This document shows positions 1 to 9,336 of a stretch of 64,000 nucleotides of DNA, piece after piece (position 1 is the stretch's first letter; each line of letters opens with the position of its first letter). Where the stretch lies: the NCBI GenBank assembly GCA_034669905.1, contig JAXMOL010000012.1, forward strand, positions 64,001-128,000. Reading direction: 5' to 3'. A program made the translations under genes and the position numbers. Origin of the DNA: Candidatus Hydrogenedentota bacterium (GTDB lineage Bacteria > Hydrogenedentota > Hydrogenedentia > Hydrogenedentales > JAEUWI01). The notes below the pieces were generated by a model, which ran no database searches, was not told the origin of the DNA, and saw nothing but the letters and a program-made list of their open reading frames with translations.

Positions 1-2357
1 CCGTGGCGTTTGCTGTCTTCCACGAGGGTGGCGGGGCTGTAGAAGCCCATGGGCTGGGCGTTGAGCATGGCGCAGAGGAAGGCGGACGGGTAGTGCTGTT
101 TGAGCCAGGCGGTGGCGTAGGCGATGAGGGCAAAGCTGGCGGCATGGCTTTCGGGGAAGCCGTATTCGCCGAAGCCCTGGATCTGCTCGAAGACCCGTTC
201 GGCGAATTCGCGGGCGATGCCCTTTTTCATCATGCGCGAGACCAGGCGGTCGCGATGGCGCAGGATGCGGCCACTCTTTTTCCAGGCGGCCATGTCACGG
301 CGGAGCTGGTCGGCTTCGCCGGGGGTGTAGTCGGCGGCCACCATGGCAAGCTGCATGACCTGCTCCTGGAAGAGCGGGATGCCGAGGGTTTTCTTGAGGA
401 CGGGTTCGAGGCAGGGATGGGGGTAGGTCACTTCCTCTTCGCCGTTCCGCCGGCGGAGGTAGGGGTGGACCATGCCGCCGGTGATGGGACCGGGGCGTAC
501 GATGCTGACTTCGATGACGAGGTCGTAGTAGTTGCGCGGACGGAGTCGGGGCAGCATGGCCATCTGGGCGCGGCTCTCGATCTGGAAGACGCCCACCGTG
601 TCGCCCTCCTGAATCTGGGCAAAAGTCGCCGCGTCGTCGGGTGGGATGGTGGCGAGGGTCCATTCCTCGCCGTGGTGTGCCTCAATGAGGTCAAAGGCCT
701 TGTGCACCACGTTCAGGGCGCCCAGGCCGAGGAGGTCCACCTTGAAAAGGCCGAGCTCCTCGATGTCATCTTTGTCCCACTGGATGACCGTGCGATCCGC
801 CATGGTGCCGTTTTCGATGGGCACGAGGCTGTGCACCGGCTCATGGCCCAAGAGAAATCCCCCGGGGTGGATGGAGAGGTGGCGGGGCACGTCTTCGATC
901 TCCTGCGTCAGGCGGAGCAAGTGGCTGTGGGCCGGATTGTCGGGGTCGAAGCCCGCCGCGCGGAGGGTTTCTGCCGTGGGGAAATCGTGGTGGGAGAGGA
1001 GCTTGGCCAGCCGTTCCAGGGCTGTTTCGGGCAGACCGAGGACCTTCCCCACATCGCGGACGGCCGACTTGGCGCGGTAGCGAATGAAGTTGGCCACCAT
1101 GGCGGCATGGGTGCGGCCGTAATGGTGGTAGACATGCTGGATGGCCTCTTCGCGGCGGTTGTGCTCGATATCGAGATCGATGTCGGGCGGCTCATTGCGC
1201 TCGCGGGAGAGGAAGCGCTCAAAGAGGAGGCCCATGCGGACGGGGTCCACGGCGGTGATGCCGAGGCAATAGCAAACGGCCGAGTTGGCCGCCGATCCGC
1301 GCCCCTGACAGAGGATGCCTTCGCGCCGACAAAACTGGACGATCTCCCACATGGTGAGGAAGTAGCCTTCGAACTGGAGTTCGTGGATGAGGTCGAGTTC
1401 TTTGTCCACCTGGGCGCACACATCGTCGGGTATGCCCTCGGGGTAGCGGGTGGCGGCCCCGGCGTAGGTGAGATCGCGAAAATGATGGGCGGCGTCCCGG
1501 CCATCGGGCAGCTTCTCCACGGGGTAGCGGTAGGTGATTTCGGCGAGGGAAAAGGTGCAGCGCGCCGCCACGATCTCGGTAGCTTCCAGGGCCAGGGGGT
1601 CGTCTGAATAAAGTTCCGCGAAGCCATGGGGGGCCCGGAGGTAGTGCTCGTCGTTGGGATGGATGGAGGTGCCCGCCGTGCGGAGGGTGACCCCGTGGCG
1701 GATGCAGGTGAGCACGTCTTGCAGGGGGCGGCGCGTGGGCGTGTGGTAGAGGACCTCCATCCCGGCGACGAGGGGGAGGTCGAGGACCCGTGCCCGTTCC
1801 CGGAGGCGGTATTCCCGTCGGGCATCATGGGTTTCCCGGTGGCGAGTGAGGAGGGCGTAGAGGCGATCTCCAAAGGCATCGCGGAGCATGGCCGCCTCCG
1901 GTCCCGGCGGGGTATCGGCGAGGAGGCGGCTCCCCACGCCGCCCCACAAGGCAATAAGGCCCGGCGCATGTTCGCAGACCTCGGTCCACGTGACCTGACT
2001 CGTGCCCTTGGGACAACGAAGACGTCCCGTCGAGATAAGCTGACAGAGATGGGCGTAGCCGCTGCGGTTCATAGCGAGGAGGATGATGCGGGTGCCGTCG
2101 TCGATGGAGACTTCGGCCCCGGCAATGAGATGGATGCCCAGTTCCTGGGCCCGCTTGTGGGCGCGGACGAGTCCGTAGACGCCATCGCGATCGGTGAGTG
2201 CGAGGGAGCGGATGCCGAGGCGGTGGGCTTCTTCCACGAGTTCGTCGGGGTGGCTGGCTCCTTCGAGGAAGGAGTAGACGCTCTTGCACCAGAGGGGGGC
2301 GTAGATAGTTGACCGTTGATAGTGGACAGTGGATAGTTGTTGGGGTGTTTTCTTCAT
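1..2357 (-). CDS. dnaE2: Error-prone DNA polymerase III alpha subunit DnaE2/ImuC (3' end runs off the window)
   Basis: Manual minus-strand translation from ATG at 2357 gives [41 protein letters not shown] (PHP N-terminus); the same frame at the window edge reads [21 protein letters not shown], a DnaE2 hallmark. Lies downstream of imuA-imuB. Absent from the ORF track because there is no stop in the window. Confidence 0.95.
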   Translation of the reverse strand, partial: MKKTPQQLSTVHYQRSTIYAPLWCKSVYSFLEGASHPDELVEEAHRLGIRSLALTDRDGVYGLVRAHKRAQELGIHLIAGAEVSIDDGTRIILLAMNRSGYAHLCQLISTGRLRCPKGTSQVTWTEVCEHAPGLIALWGGVGSRLLADTPPGPEAAMLRDAFGDRLYALLTRHRETHDARREYRLRERARVLDLPLVAGMEVLYHTPTRRPLQDVLTCIRHGVTLRTAGTSIHPNDEHYLRAPHGFAELYSDDPLALEATEIVAARCTFSLAEITYRYPVEKLPDGRDAAHHFRDLTYAGAATRYPEGIPDDVCAQVDKELDLIHELQFEGYFLTMWEIVQFCRREGILCQGRGSAANSAVCYCLGITAVDPVRMGLLFERFLSRERNEPPDIDLDIEHNRREEAIQHVYHHYGRTHAAMVANFIRYRAKSAVRDVGKVLGLPETALERLAKLLSHHDFPTAETLRAAGFDPDNPAHSHLLRLTQEIEDVPRHLSIHPGGFLLGHEPVHSLVPIENGTMADRTVIQWDKDDIEELGLFKVDLLGLGALNVVHKAFDLIEAHHGEEWTLATIPPDDAATFAQIQEGDTVGVFQIESRAQMAMLPRLRPRNYYDLVIEVSIVRPGPITGGMVHPYLRRRNGEEEVTYPHPCLEPVLKKTLGIPLFQEQVMQLAMVAADYTPGEADQLRRDMAAWKKSGRILRHRDRLVSRMMKKGIAREFAERVFEQIQGFGEYGFPESHAASFALIAYATAWLKQHYPSAFLCAMLNAQPMGFYSPATLVEDSKRH
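2304..2338. repeat. Heptamer tandem repeat (GATAGTT/GACCGTT/GATAGTG/GACAGTG/GATAGTT) inside the dnaE2 5' end
   Basis: Five consecutive 7-bp units read directly; they encode [12 protein letters not shown]. Confidence 0.8.
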
Positions 2358-2887
2358 GGGCGGTGACCTGGAAAGGACCTGAGGGACCAGCTTAACGTGA
2401 AGGCCTGAAGAAGGGAACCACGAATGGACCTGGCGCAGCCGTTGGCTCCAACGAAGATGAAGTCGCGCGTCATTCCCGTGAAGGTGGGGATGACGGCACG
2501 GGCGAACGCTTTTGGATAAGGGGGTATGGCGTGACCGTCTACGGAATCTTTACGGAAAAGCAGGCGCTTCATAGTTCGTAGTACAAATGAACACGAATAG
2601 CCAGCAAGATAGACTTGAGGAAGACTTGGTTGCCTATCTTGTATGTGTGTGGCTTTTAGCCACGAAGTGGCGACATATCGTAGCCCAGGCGCGAAGCGAA
2701 GCGAGCCCTGGGTTAAGAGGATTCCCCAAGACATAGCCCTGAAAGGGCGACATAGGATATTTCTCTTCAGGGCCAAGGGCCCGACCCCATACCAGCATGG
2801 GGCAACGCCCCATGACACCGGGTCACCCAACGGACATAGGGCTGAAAGCCCGGCCCGTAGACTCGCAGAGCGCTTGCTCATCCTCAT
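2354..2887 (-). other. Repeat-mosaic spacer between imuB and dnaE2 that is an open 177-codon frame
   Basis: Contains REP-like hairpins (GGGCTGAAAGCCC, GGGGCAACGCCCC, CCCTGAAAGGG), an ATTCCC-N8-GGGAT-like hairpin and AAAGGACCT / ACCACGAAT repeat fragments. The ORF overlaps the imuB stop and the dnaE2 start by ATGA. No recognisable protein domain. Confidence 0.5.
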
Positions 2888-4368
2888 TGCACTTCACCCT
2901 GTAAAAACCAGCGTCGTCGCTTGGTGTCGTGGTAGATCCAAAACCACCGGTTGCTGCGGGTGCGCACGTAGTAATAGCTGCGGGCCACTTCCTTGTGCCA
3001 CCAGCCGCCCGTGATGCATTGGGGGCCGATGACTTCTTCCACGGGGCCTTCGGATACACCCGCGATGAGCCACCCATCGGGTTCGTGGCGCTGCCGGGGG
3101 GGCAGGGCGATGGCCGGACGGTAAATACGGCGGATGAGAGGCGCGGAACTGACGGCAGTGGGTCGGGGACGGGGTAACTCGGTGAGGGTCTCCCAACGGT
3201 ACTGGGCTTCTGGTAAGTGCCCGGCATGGAGGCGCGCCACGACGACGGAATCATTGCCCAACTCGGCCCGGATCTTCGCAAAGGCACGGTGGGCCGCTTC
3301 CACATTGCGGCGGGGGGCTTCCTGGAAGAGGTCCGTCTGACGTTGGGTGATAGGTTGGCCCACGGCGCGGGCGGCCAGCTCCACCACACCCGAAGGAAAG
3401 CTCCGCTGCTCCAGGTGGAGACGGGTCAGGTTGAGGATCTGATTCATGTCCGCTGTGGGCGTCGCCGGGGAGACATCCCCTTTTTCTTCGTCCCCATTAT
3501 CCAGCGTGAATTGCCAGTGGAGCGTTTTCAGCAACTCGTGGTATTCCGCCAGCTCCGACAAGAGGGCGCGGAGCATATCCGCGAGATAGGCCAGGAGCCG
3601 TCCGCAGTCACTCTCCGGGTAGTCCAGCATTTTCGTGCAGGTAACCGGTTCGCGCAGGGGCACGGGCTGGAGGGGTGTCCAGTCGGTGCCCTTGGCGAGT
3701 TGATAGAGGGCTTCCGCCTCCGCGCCAAAGCGCTTGCGCAGGCCCCGCTCGGGCAGGGTGAGAAACTGGCCGATGGTCTCCACACCCAACTTATGGAGGG
3801 TGTCCTGCAGGTTCACCTGGAGCCGCAAATGACTCATGGGCACGTTGTCCACATGGGCCTGTTCCTCGGCGGGCGTGGCAAAGACGATATTCTCCCGGTT
3901 GGCCCGGGCCGCCGCATAACTCCCAAAACGGCTGAAGCCCACGGCGATGGTTGCCCGGATGCCCACGCTGCGGAGATAGTCCCGCACGGTGCTGGCCCAT
4001 TCCGAAAGGGACGGGTAGACGATGGCCATGCCCGAGACATCGGCCCAGAAGACGCCCGTTTCCTGGGGCGCGGGCTCGATGCGGGGACTGAAATCCCACA
4101 GGCGCCGGGTGATGGCCGTCGCCGCCTCCGCCACGGTCTGGGGATCGATTTCGCCGCCCCGCAGTTCGGGAGCCAGGGCGAGGCCTGCGGCATAGCGCAT
4201 GCCGGGGAAGATACGGAATTCCCGCGCGGCCGTGTTGGTCCATTGGATCACGCCGTTGGGTTTATCCCGATCGACCACGACCACCGGTTGGCGTTGCCAA
4301 TCGGGGTGGGCGCGCACCAGCAACTGCAAGGGCAGCGCGGGGCAATTAACACAGGCCGTCCGGTCCAT
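2884..4368 (-). CDS. imuB: ImuB, Y-family DNA polymerase-like mutasome subunit
   Basis: Y-family N-terminus (PVVVV...AAREFRIFPGMRYAAGLALAPEL, FSPRIE), clamp-binding-like QTDLF, C-terminal GPQCITGGWW...RSYY...WIY; lies between imuA and dnaE2. Confidence 0.92.
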   Translation of the reverse strand: MDRTACVNCPALPLQLLVRAHPDWQRQPVVVVDRDKPNGVIQWTNTAAREFRIFPGMRYAAGLALAPELRGGEIDPQTVAEAATAITRRLWDFSPRIEPAPQETGVFWADVSGMAIVYPSLSEWASTVRDYLRSVGIRATIAVGFSRFGSYAAARANRENIVFATPAEEQAHVDNVPMSHLRLQVNLQDTLHKLGVETIGQFLTLPERGLRKRFGAEAEALYQLAKGTDWTPLQPVPLREPVTCTKMLDYPESDCGRLLAYLADMLRALLSELAEYHELLKTLHWQFTLDNGDEEKGDVSPATPTADMNQILNLTRLHLEQRSFPSGVVELAARAVGQPITQRQTDLFQEAPRRNVEAAHRAFAKIRAELGNDSVVVARLHAGHLPEAQYRWETLTELPRPRPTAVSSAPLIRRIYRPAIALPPRQRHEPDGWLIAGVSEGPVEEVIGPQCITGGWWHKEVARSYYYVRTRSNRWFWIYHDTKRRRWFLQGEVQ

Positions 4369-4987
4369 GACGAAGCTCCTCGTGGGTCCAGCCCGGGGTC
4401 TGGCGTTTGTCTTTCACCGCCCGCAGTCCGCAGGCAAAACAATCGTGGCCGACCCGGTGTTGTTGCGTCGCCCCGCGCAGGGAAACCAGCGAACCCCGAG
4501 AGGCCTGTTCGCCCGGTTGACGGAGGGTGACCAGGGCCGTGTGGTGCTGCTGGGCCAGGCCCACCAGCCGCGTCTGGAGCGCGAGGGGGAAAGCCTGGCC
4601 ATCCACATCCAGGACCAGCACGGCGAAGCTCCCCGAGCGGAGGAGGGTGTCGGCGATGCGGGCCGCCTTCGGTGCATCGGGCGCACGGACGACCGGCAAG
4701 GCGGCGAGATCCACTCCCGAGGCCGCCAGGTCGGGCGGAAAAAAGAGGCGGCCAGCTCCGGCGATCCAGGCGGCAAGGCCTTCCTGTTCCTGGGCTTCCC
4801 GGAGGAGGCGGGCGACGAGGCTCAGGGTGGCCATGCCCGATTCCGGGGTGGGGTCCAGGGCCGTGAAACGCCCGGCGGCGGTGGTGAGGGACCAACCTTC
4901 CGGGGCGGCGCAGTGGGTGCGTCGGTCCAGCAGGGTGGTGGCGGTGATGATGTCGGCGATGGAGGTGGGGGCAATAGCCGTGGCCAT
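4346..4987 (-). CDS. imuA: ImuA, RecA-like mutasome subunit
   Basis: Start ATG at 4987 with AAGGAG RBS; RecA-like motifs AAWIAG...FFPPDLAASGVDL...LLRSGSFAVLVLD; overlaps the imuB start. Confidence 0.88.
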   Translation of the reverse strand: MATAIAPTSIADIITATTLLDRRTHCAAPEGWSLTTAAGRFTALDPTPESGMATLSLVARLLREAQEQEGLAAWIAGAGRLFFPPDLAASGVDLAALPVVRAPDAPKAARIADTLLRSGSFAVLVLDVDGQAFPLALQTRLVGLAQQHHTALVTLRQPGEQASRGSLVSLRGATQQHRVGHDCFACGLRAVKDKRQTPGWTHEELRHGPDGLC

Positions 4988-5022
4988 GGAGAGGCTCCTT
5001 TGGGTGCTTGACTTTTTCTTAT

Positions 5023-5051
5023 AGTGTACTGAAAATAGATTCAGTTGTAAA
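5023..5051 (-). promoter_or_regulatory. Sigma70-type promoter of imuABC (TTTACA-17-TACACT) with a palindromic SOS-box-like operator ACTGAA-N6-TTCAGT (5028-5045)
   Basis: On the minus strand the -35 is at 5051-5046 and the -10 at 5028-5023, with a 17-bp spacer occupied by the CTG-N10-CAG palindrome. Confidence 0.75.
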
Positions 5052-5148
5052 GGACGCGATAAGATCACAGCACGCGAACCAGAAACCGGAAAAGGACCTA
5101 AAGGACTTAAACGACAAAAAGGACAGCTTGAGCAACAACACGAGGCTG

Positions 5149-5261
5149 GGTTGGGCAAAAAAGTTATCGCAGTGACTGCGGGGCCTTGGAAAGCCCTTGC
5201 TTCAACGCCATTGGCTTGGTCTCTCTTGTCGTTTACGTCCTTTCCCTCCTTTAGGTCCTTT
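5149..5261 (+). repeat. 113-bp direct repeat, copy 1 (ends in a GTCCTTT 9-mer array; the inverse AAAGGAC array is at ~5090-5124)
   Basis: Colinear with 6013-6125, about 14 mismatches by hand alignment. Confidence 0.9.
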
Positions 5262-5281
5262 AACCCCCAGAGGAGCCCATC

Positions 5282-5860
5282 ATGTCCAAGACCTTCATCC
5301 CAAAACACGGCGGCTACCAGCGCCTCAAGTCCTACCAGAAGGCCGTCATTGTGTACGACGCCACCGTCTACTTCTGCGACCGCTACCTCAGCAAACGAGA
5401 CCGCACCCACGACCAGATGATCCAAGCGGCGCGCTCGGGGAAGCAAAACATTGTGGAAGGCAGCATGGCTTCGGGCACCTCGAAGAAAACCGAGTTGCAT
5501 CTCACCAACGTGGCGCGGGCGAGCCTGGAGGAGTTGCTGGAAGACTACCAGGACTTTCTTCGTAAGCAGGGCAGCGCCGAGTGGTCGCAGGCGCACCCCT
5601 ATGCCCAGCGGCTACGGGCGCTCAATCAACTGCCTGAAGGAAACTACGAGACCTTCCAAAAGGGTATCGAGCATCTTGATCCGGTGGTGAGTGCCAACGT
5701 GATCATCGGGTTGATTCGGGTGACCTGTTATCTGCTGGACCGTCAACTGGCGCGCCTGCAAGAGGAGTTCGTCGAGGATGGTGGTATCCGCGAGCGCATG
5801 ACCCAGGCGCGGACCGCACGACGCAGTGAACAGCGACGGGAAAAAGGACGAAGGACCTAA
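5282..5860 (+). CDS. Four-helix-bundle protein (23S rRNA IVP/Avd-like) with four-helix-bundle suffix domain
   Basis: GGYQRLKSYQKA...DQMIQAARSGKQNIVEGS...LTNVARASLEELLEDYQDFLR...LLDRQL...FVEDGGIRERMT; AGGAG RBS. Confidence 0.88.
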   Translation: MSKTFIPKHGGYQRLKSYQKAVIVYDATVYFCDRYLSKRDRTHDQMIQAARSGKQNIVEGSMASGTSKKTELHLTNVARASLEELLEDYQDFLRKQGSAEWSQAHPYAQRLRALNQLPEGNYETFQKGIEHLDPVVSANVIIGLIRVTCYLLDRQLARLQEEFVEDGGIRERMTQARTARRSEQRREKGRRT

Positions 5861-6012
5861 AGGACGGAAAGGACGAAAAGGACCGCTTGCGATGGAACCA
5901 TTGAAACATGATCGGGCGGTCTGGTTGTCTTGCGCTTGTGCCCCTGCGTCTCGACGCAGCGCGTCGAGATCGGCGTTCCCAGGCGGAGCCTGGGAACGAG
6001 GGCGCTAGACGA

Positions 6013-6125
6013 GGTTGGGCAAAAAAGTTATCGCTGTGACTGCGAGGCCTTGGAAGCTCCTTGGTTCAACGCTATTGGCCCGGTCTCCCTTGTCGTTTAA
6101 GTCCTTTTCGTCCTTTATGTCCTTT
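6013..6125 (+). repeat. 113-bp direct repeat, copy 2 (the inverse AAAGGAC array is at ~5841-5883)
   Basis: Matches 5149-5261; a REP-like hairpin cluster (~5950-6000) lies between the array and this copy. Confidence 0.9.
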
Positions 6126-6181
6126 CTCCCGATGCGCTATCATCGCCCCGAGCAACGTTACCCGAAACGAGAGAGGCACCC

Positions 6182-7594
6182 ATGCACAAACTCATTACCC
6201 TTGCCCTGTTCTGCCTGGTTCCCTTAAGTGCCATCGCTGCGCCACCCAACATCCTCTTTATCCTTGTCGACGACATGAGCTGGACCGGGCCCACCTGTTA
6301 CGGCAGCGACCTCCACGAAACCCCCAACATCGACCGGCTGGCCACCCAGGGCGTGCGCTTCACGAACGCCTATTCCGCCAGCCCGGTGTGCACGCCAACG
6401 CGGGCGGCCATCATGACGGGACAACATCCCGCGCGGCTCAACATGACCATCTGGCACGAGGGCGCGCTGGAGCGTCTCGAAGGACCGGGGGACAAGCCCC
6501 TGGCACCGCCCATTACCGAGCCCAACCTCGCGCTGGAGCACACGACCATCGCGGAGGTCCTTCACGGCGCGGGCTATCAGACGGCCCACGTGGGCAAGTG
6601 GCATCTCGGTGACGCGGGCCACTACCCGGAGACCCAGGGTTTCGATGTGAATATTGGCGCGAGTTTCTGGGGGGCCCCACGTACTTACTGGTATCCCTAC
6701 AAGGGCGAACGGGTGCGGAGTACGGGGGAGCGGGAACACCGCTATGTGCCGGGCCTGCCTTTTGGCAAGGAGGGCGAATACCTGACGGACCGCCTCACCG
6801 ACGAGGCCCTGCGACTCATGGAGCGGATGCACGCCAACGAAAAGCCTTTCTTTCTTCACATGTCCTACCACAATCCCCACACGCCCATCGAAGGCAAGCC
6901 GGAACTGGTGGCCTACTATAAAAAGAAAATAAAGGAAGGCATGACCCACCAGAACGCCCGTTACGCCGCCATGGTCCACACCCTCGATGAAGACATCGGC
7001 CGGTTGCTGGCGAAGGTGGATGAACTGGGTATTGCGGACAACACCATGGTGGTCTTCTATTCCGACAATGGCGGATTCGACCAGGTGCGGGATGACGAGC
7101 AGGTGACCAACAATGCGCCCCTTCGCTCGGGGAAGGGCTCGGTCTACGAAGGGGGCATTCGCGTGCCCTTGATTGTGCGTTGGCCCGGCGTGACATCGAC
7201 GAATGCCGTGTGCGACGTACCCGTGACCTCCATGGATTTCTACCCGACCATCCTGGAAGCGCTGCAGGTGAAGGCCGATAAGGTCCTTGACGGGGTGTCC
7301 CTCACGCCCGTGTTGCGCGACCCGAAAGAGACCCTGCCCCGGGAAGACCTGCACTGGCACTATCCCCACTATTACTTCACGACCACGCCTGTGACGGCCA
7401 TACGTCATGGGGACTGGAAGTTGATCGAGTATTACGAAGACGGGCGTCAGGAACTCTTTAACCTGAAGAAGGATCTCGGTGAAACGAAGGATTTGTCGAA
7501 GGAAAAACCGGAGATTACCCACGACCTTCACGAACGTCTGGACGACTGGCGCAAGGAAGTAAACGCCCAGCTGCCCACGAAAAATACACCCTGA
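6182..7594 (+). CDS. Sulfatase (S1 family, arylsulfatase-like)
   Basis: Signal peptide, PNILFILVDD, CTPTRAAIMTG (CxPxR), GKWHLG, SDNGG, YEGGIRVP. Confidence 0.95.
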   Translation: MHKLITLALFCLVPLSAIAAPPNILFILVDDMSWTGPTCYGSDLHETPNIDRLATQGVRFTNAYSASPVCTPTRAAIMTGQHPARLNMTIWHEGALERLEGPGDKPLAPPITEPNLALEHTTIAEVLHGAGYQTAHVGKWHLGDAGHYPETQGFDVNIGASFWGAPRTYWYPYKGERVRSTGEREHRYVPGLPFGKEGEYLTDRLTDEALRLMERMHANEKPFFLHMSYHNPHTPIEGKPELVAYYKKKIKEGMTHQNARYAAMVHTLDEDIGRLLAKVDELGIADNTMVVFYSDNGGFDQVRDDEQVTNNAPLRSGKGSVYEGGIRVPLIVRWPGVTSTNAVCDVPVTSMDFYPTILEALQVKADKVLDGVSLTPVLRDPKETLPREDLHWHYPHYYFTTTPVTAIRHGDWKLIEYYEDGRQELFNLKKDLGETKDLSKEKPEITHDLHERLDDWRKEVNAQLPTKNTP

Positions 7595-7672
7595 GAAAAG
7601 GGCGGTGAAGTGGTACGGTTTGTGTTGCGCGTGGGCGTCGCTTCGCCTTGGGTGGAAACCCAAAAAAAGTTG

Positions 7673-7836
7673 AACCACGAATGAACACGAATTGACACGA
7701 ATAAGGAAAGAGGAGAATCGATGCAGCGACGGTAGACACATCGCAGCTGAACGACACCGACTCTTCCCTTCCGTGTAATTCCGTGCTTTCCGTGGTCAAC
7801 AACAATTTAAGAGTGCCGACCACGGAAAGCACGGAA
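7673..7836. repeat. ACCACGAAT-type 10-mer array (7673-7704) and a 19-bp perfect inverted repeat (7779-7797 / 7818-7836)
   Basis: AACCACGAATGAACACGAATTGACACGAATAA; TTCCGTGCTTTCCGTGGTC and its reverse complement. Confidence 0.8.
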
Positions 7837-8070
7837 AGAATTTAGAGAGATTTCTTACTCATGGTTTTTCGTAGGCTGCACACAAATCATCGCTGCTTTT
7901 TCGCTCTTCGGTGTGGTTCGGGGATGAGATAGGAAGTGATGCACTACCCAACTTAACCCGGCGTTACTTGTCCTTTATGTCGTTTCCGTCCTTTAGGTCC
8001 TTTCTTCACAATTGTTATCATGGCCGGATAGCCAGCAGCATCTCACCCCAAAAGGAGCGTAGACCATCTT

Positions 8071-9237
8071 ATGCCGTTGAGCCGCCGCCAGTTTATCCAG
8101 GCCACCGCCACGACGTCGGTGGCCGCACTGACCCCATCGGTCTATGGGGCACCCACCACGACGCCGCTGATCACACCCATCCACGATGCCATCGTGTGCC
8201 CGTGGTCCCCGAAGCACCCGCGCCACGATCACCAACTCATCTTCCCGTTGGACGAGCAACGACTCATGCTGGTCTGGTGCGAGTATGTGGACGAAAGGGC
8301 CGACCCCAACGCCACAATCGGCAGCGGCGGCACGGGCGATGAAGTGCCCTGCCAGATCACGTCTATGATTTCCACGGACCACGGTCGCACGTGGGGCGAG
8401 CGGCGGGTCTTGCAGGAAAATCGCTGGCAGCACAATGTGAAGCATCCGAACCTCGTGCGCCTTTCCGAGACTGAGGTCCTCTTTTCGTATGTGGGCTGGG
8501 ACTCTGCGGAAAACCGCAATGTCTATATGCGCCGTTCCATGGACAATTGCGCGATTTTTGGGGAGGAGGTCCAGATCTCCGAGCCGGGGTGGTATTGCAA
8601 CAACGCCGACCGGGCCATGCGCCTCAGCACGGGCCGGGTGCTCTTGCCGGCCCACGGTCCCTACGCGGAAAAGTACATCGGCGGCACGCCCTATGCCGGG
8701 GGCGACCTCCATTCCTTCGTGTTTTACTCCGATGATGGCTTCAAGACGTGGCATCGAAGCAGCGATTCCATGACGGCCAAGGGACGTGGCTGCCACGAGC
8801 CGACCATTGTCGAATTGGAAGACGGTCGTCTCTATTGCCTGCTGCGCAACACGAACGAATGCCAGTACTACAGCATTTCGGAAGATGGGGGCGATCACTG
8901 GAGCACGCCCGCGCCCACGACCTTGGCCTCGCCCGAATCCCCGGCCCTCATCAAGCGAATACCCAGCACCGGTGACCTGCTCGTGCTGTGGAACAACGTG
9001 CCTTCCAAATCCAACTGGCCCCGCATCCCCCTGACCGCCGCCGTCTCGAAAGATGAAGGCAAGACGTGGGGGAGCTACCACGACCTCGATAACCGCAAAG
9101 ACTGCGACGCCGCCTATCCCTCCGTCACCTTCGTGGGGGACGAGGCGCTGGTGGCCTATTACTCACGCTCCACGAAGTGGACCCGTGATTCCGAAGTGAC
9201 GCTGCGGATTTACAAGGTCGACCAGTTTTACGGGTGA
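8071..9237 (+). CDS. Tat-exported sialidase/BNR (Asp-box) repeat protein
   Basis: SRRQFI Tat motif; Asp boxes STDHGRTW, SDDGFKTW, SEDGGDHW, SKDEGKTW; C-terminal AAYPS. Confidence 0.85.
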   Translation: MPLSRRQFIQATATTSVAALTPSVYGAPTTTPLITPIHDAIVCPWSPKHPRHDHQLIFPLDEQRLMLVWCEYVDERADPNATIGSGGTGDEVPCQITSMISTDHGRTWGERRVLQENRWQHNVKHPNLVRLSETEVLFSYVGWDSAENRNVYMRRSMDNCAIFGEEVQISEPGWYCNNADRAMRLSTGRVLLPAHGPYAEKYIGGTPYAGGDLHSFVFYSDDGFKTWHRSSDSMTAKGRGCHEPTIVELEDGRLYCLLRNTNECQYYSISEDGGDHWSTPAPTTLASPESPALIKRIPSTGDLLVLWNNVPSKSNWPRIPLTAAVSKDEGKTWGSYHDLDNRKDCDAAYPSVTFVGDEALVAYYSRSTKWTRDSEVTLRIYKVDQFYG

Positions 9238-9336
9238 TACGTACCCAAGCTCCTGACGGTTCAATTATCGCCTTCAGCGCGGTTGCAAGTCCGAAGTCTC
9301 ATGAAGAGGGATGGTTATACTTTTGCGGCCATATAT

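Noticed and set aside
3..2312. Long plus-strand ORFs 3..1607 and 1626..2312
   Set aside because: They are antisense shadows of dnaE2, whose conserved motifs are on the minus strand.
4988..5596. 416-aa version of ImuA from the ORF track
   Set aside because: The extension crosses the promoter, the repeats and the antisense of the four-helix-bundle gene; ATG 4987 has a good RBS.
5149..6125. DGR (Avd-like gene plus TR/VR-like repeat pair)
   Set aside because: There is no reverse transcriptase in the window, the ~14 mismatches are not restricted to adenines on either strand, and neither repeat lies in a target gene's 3' end.
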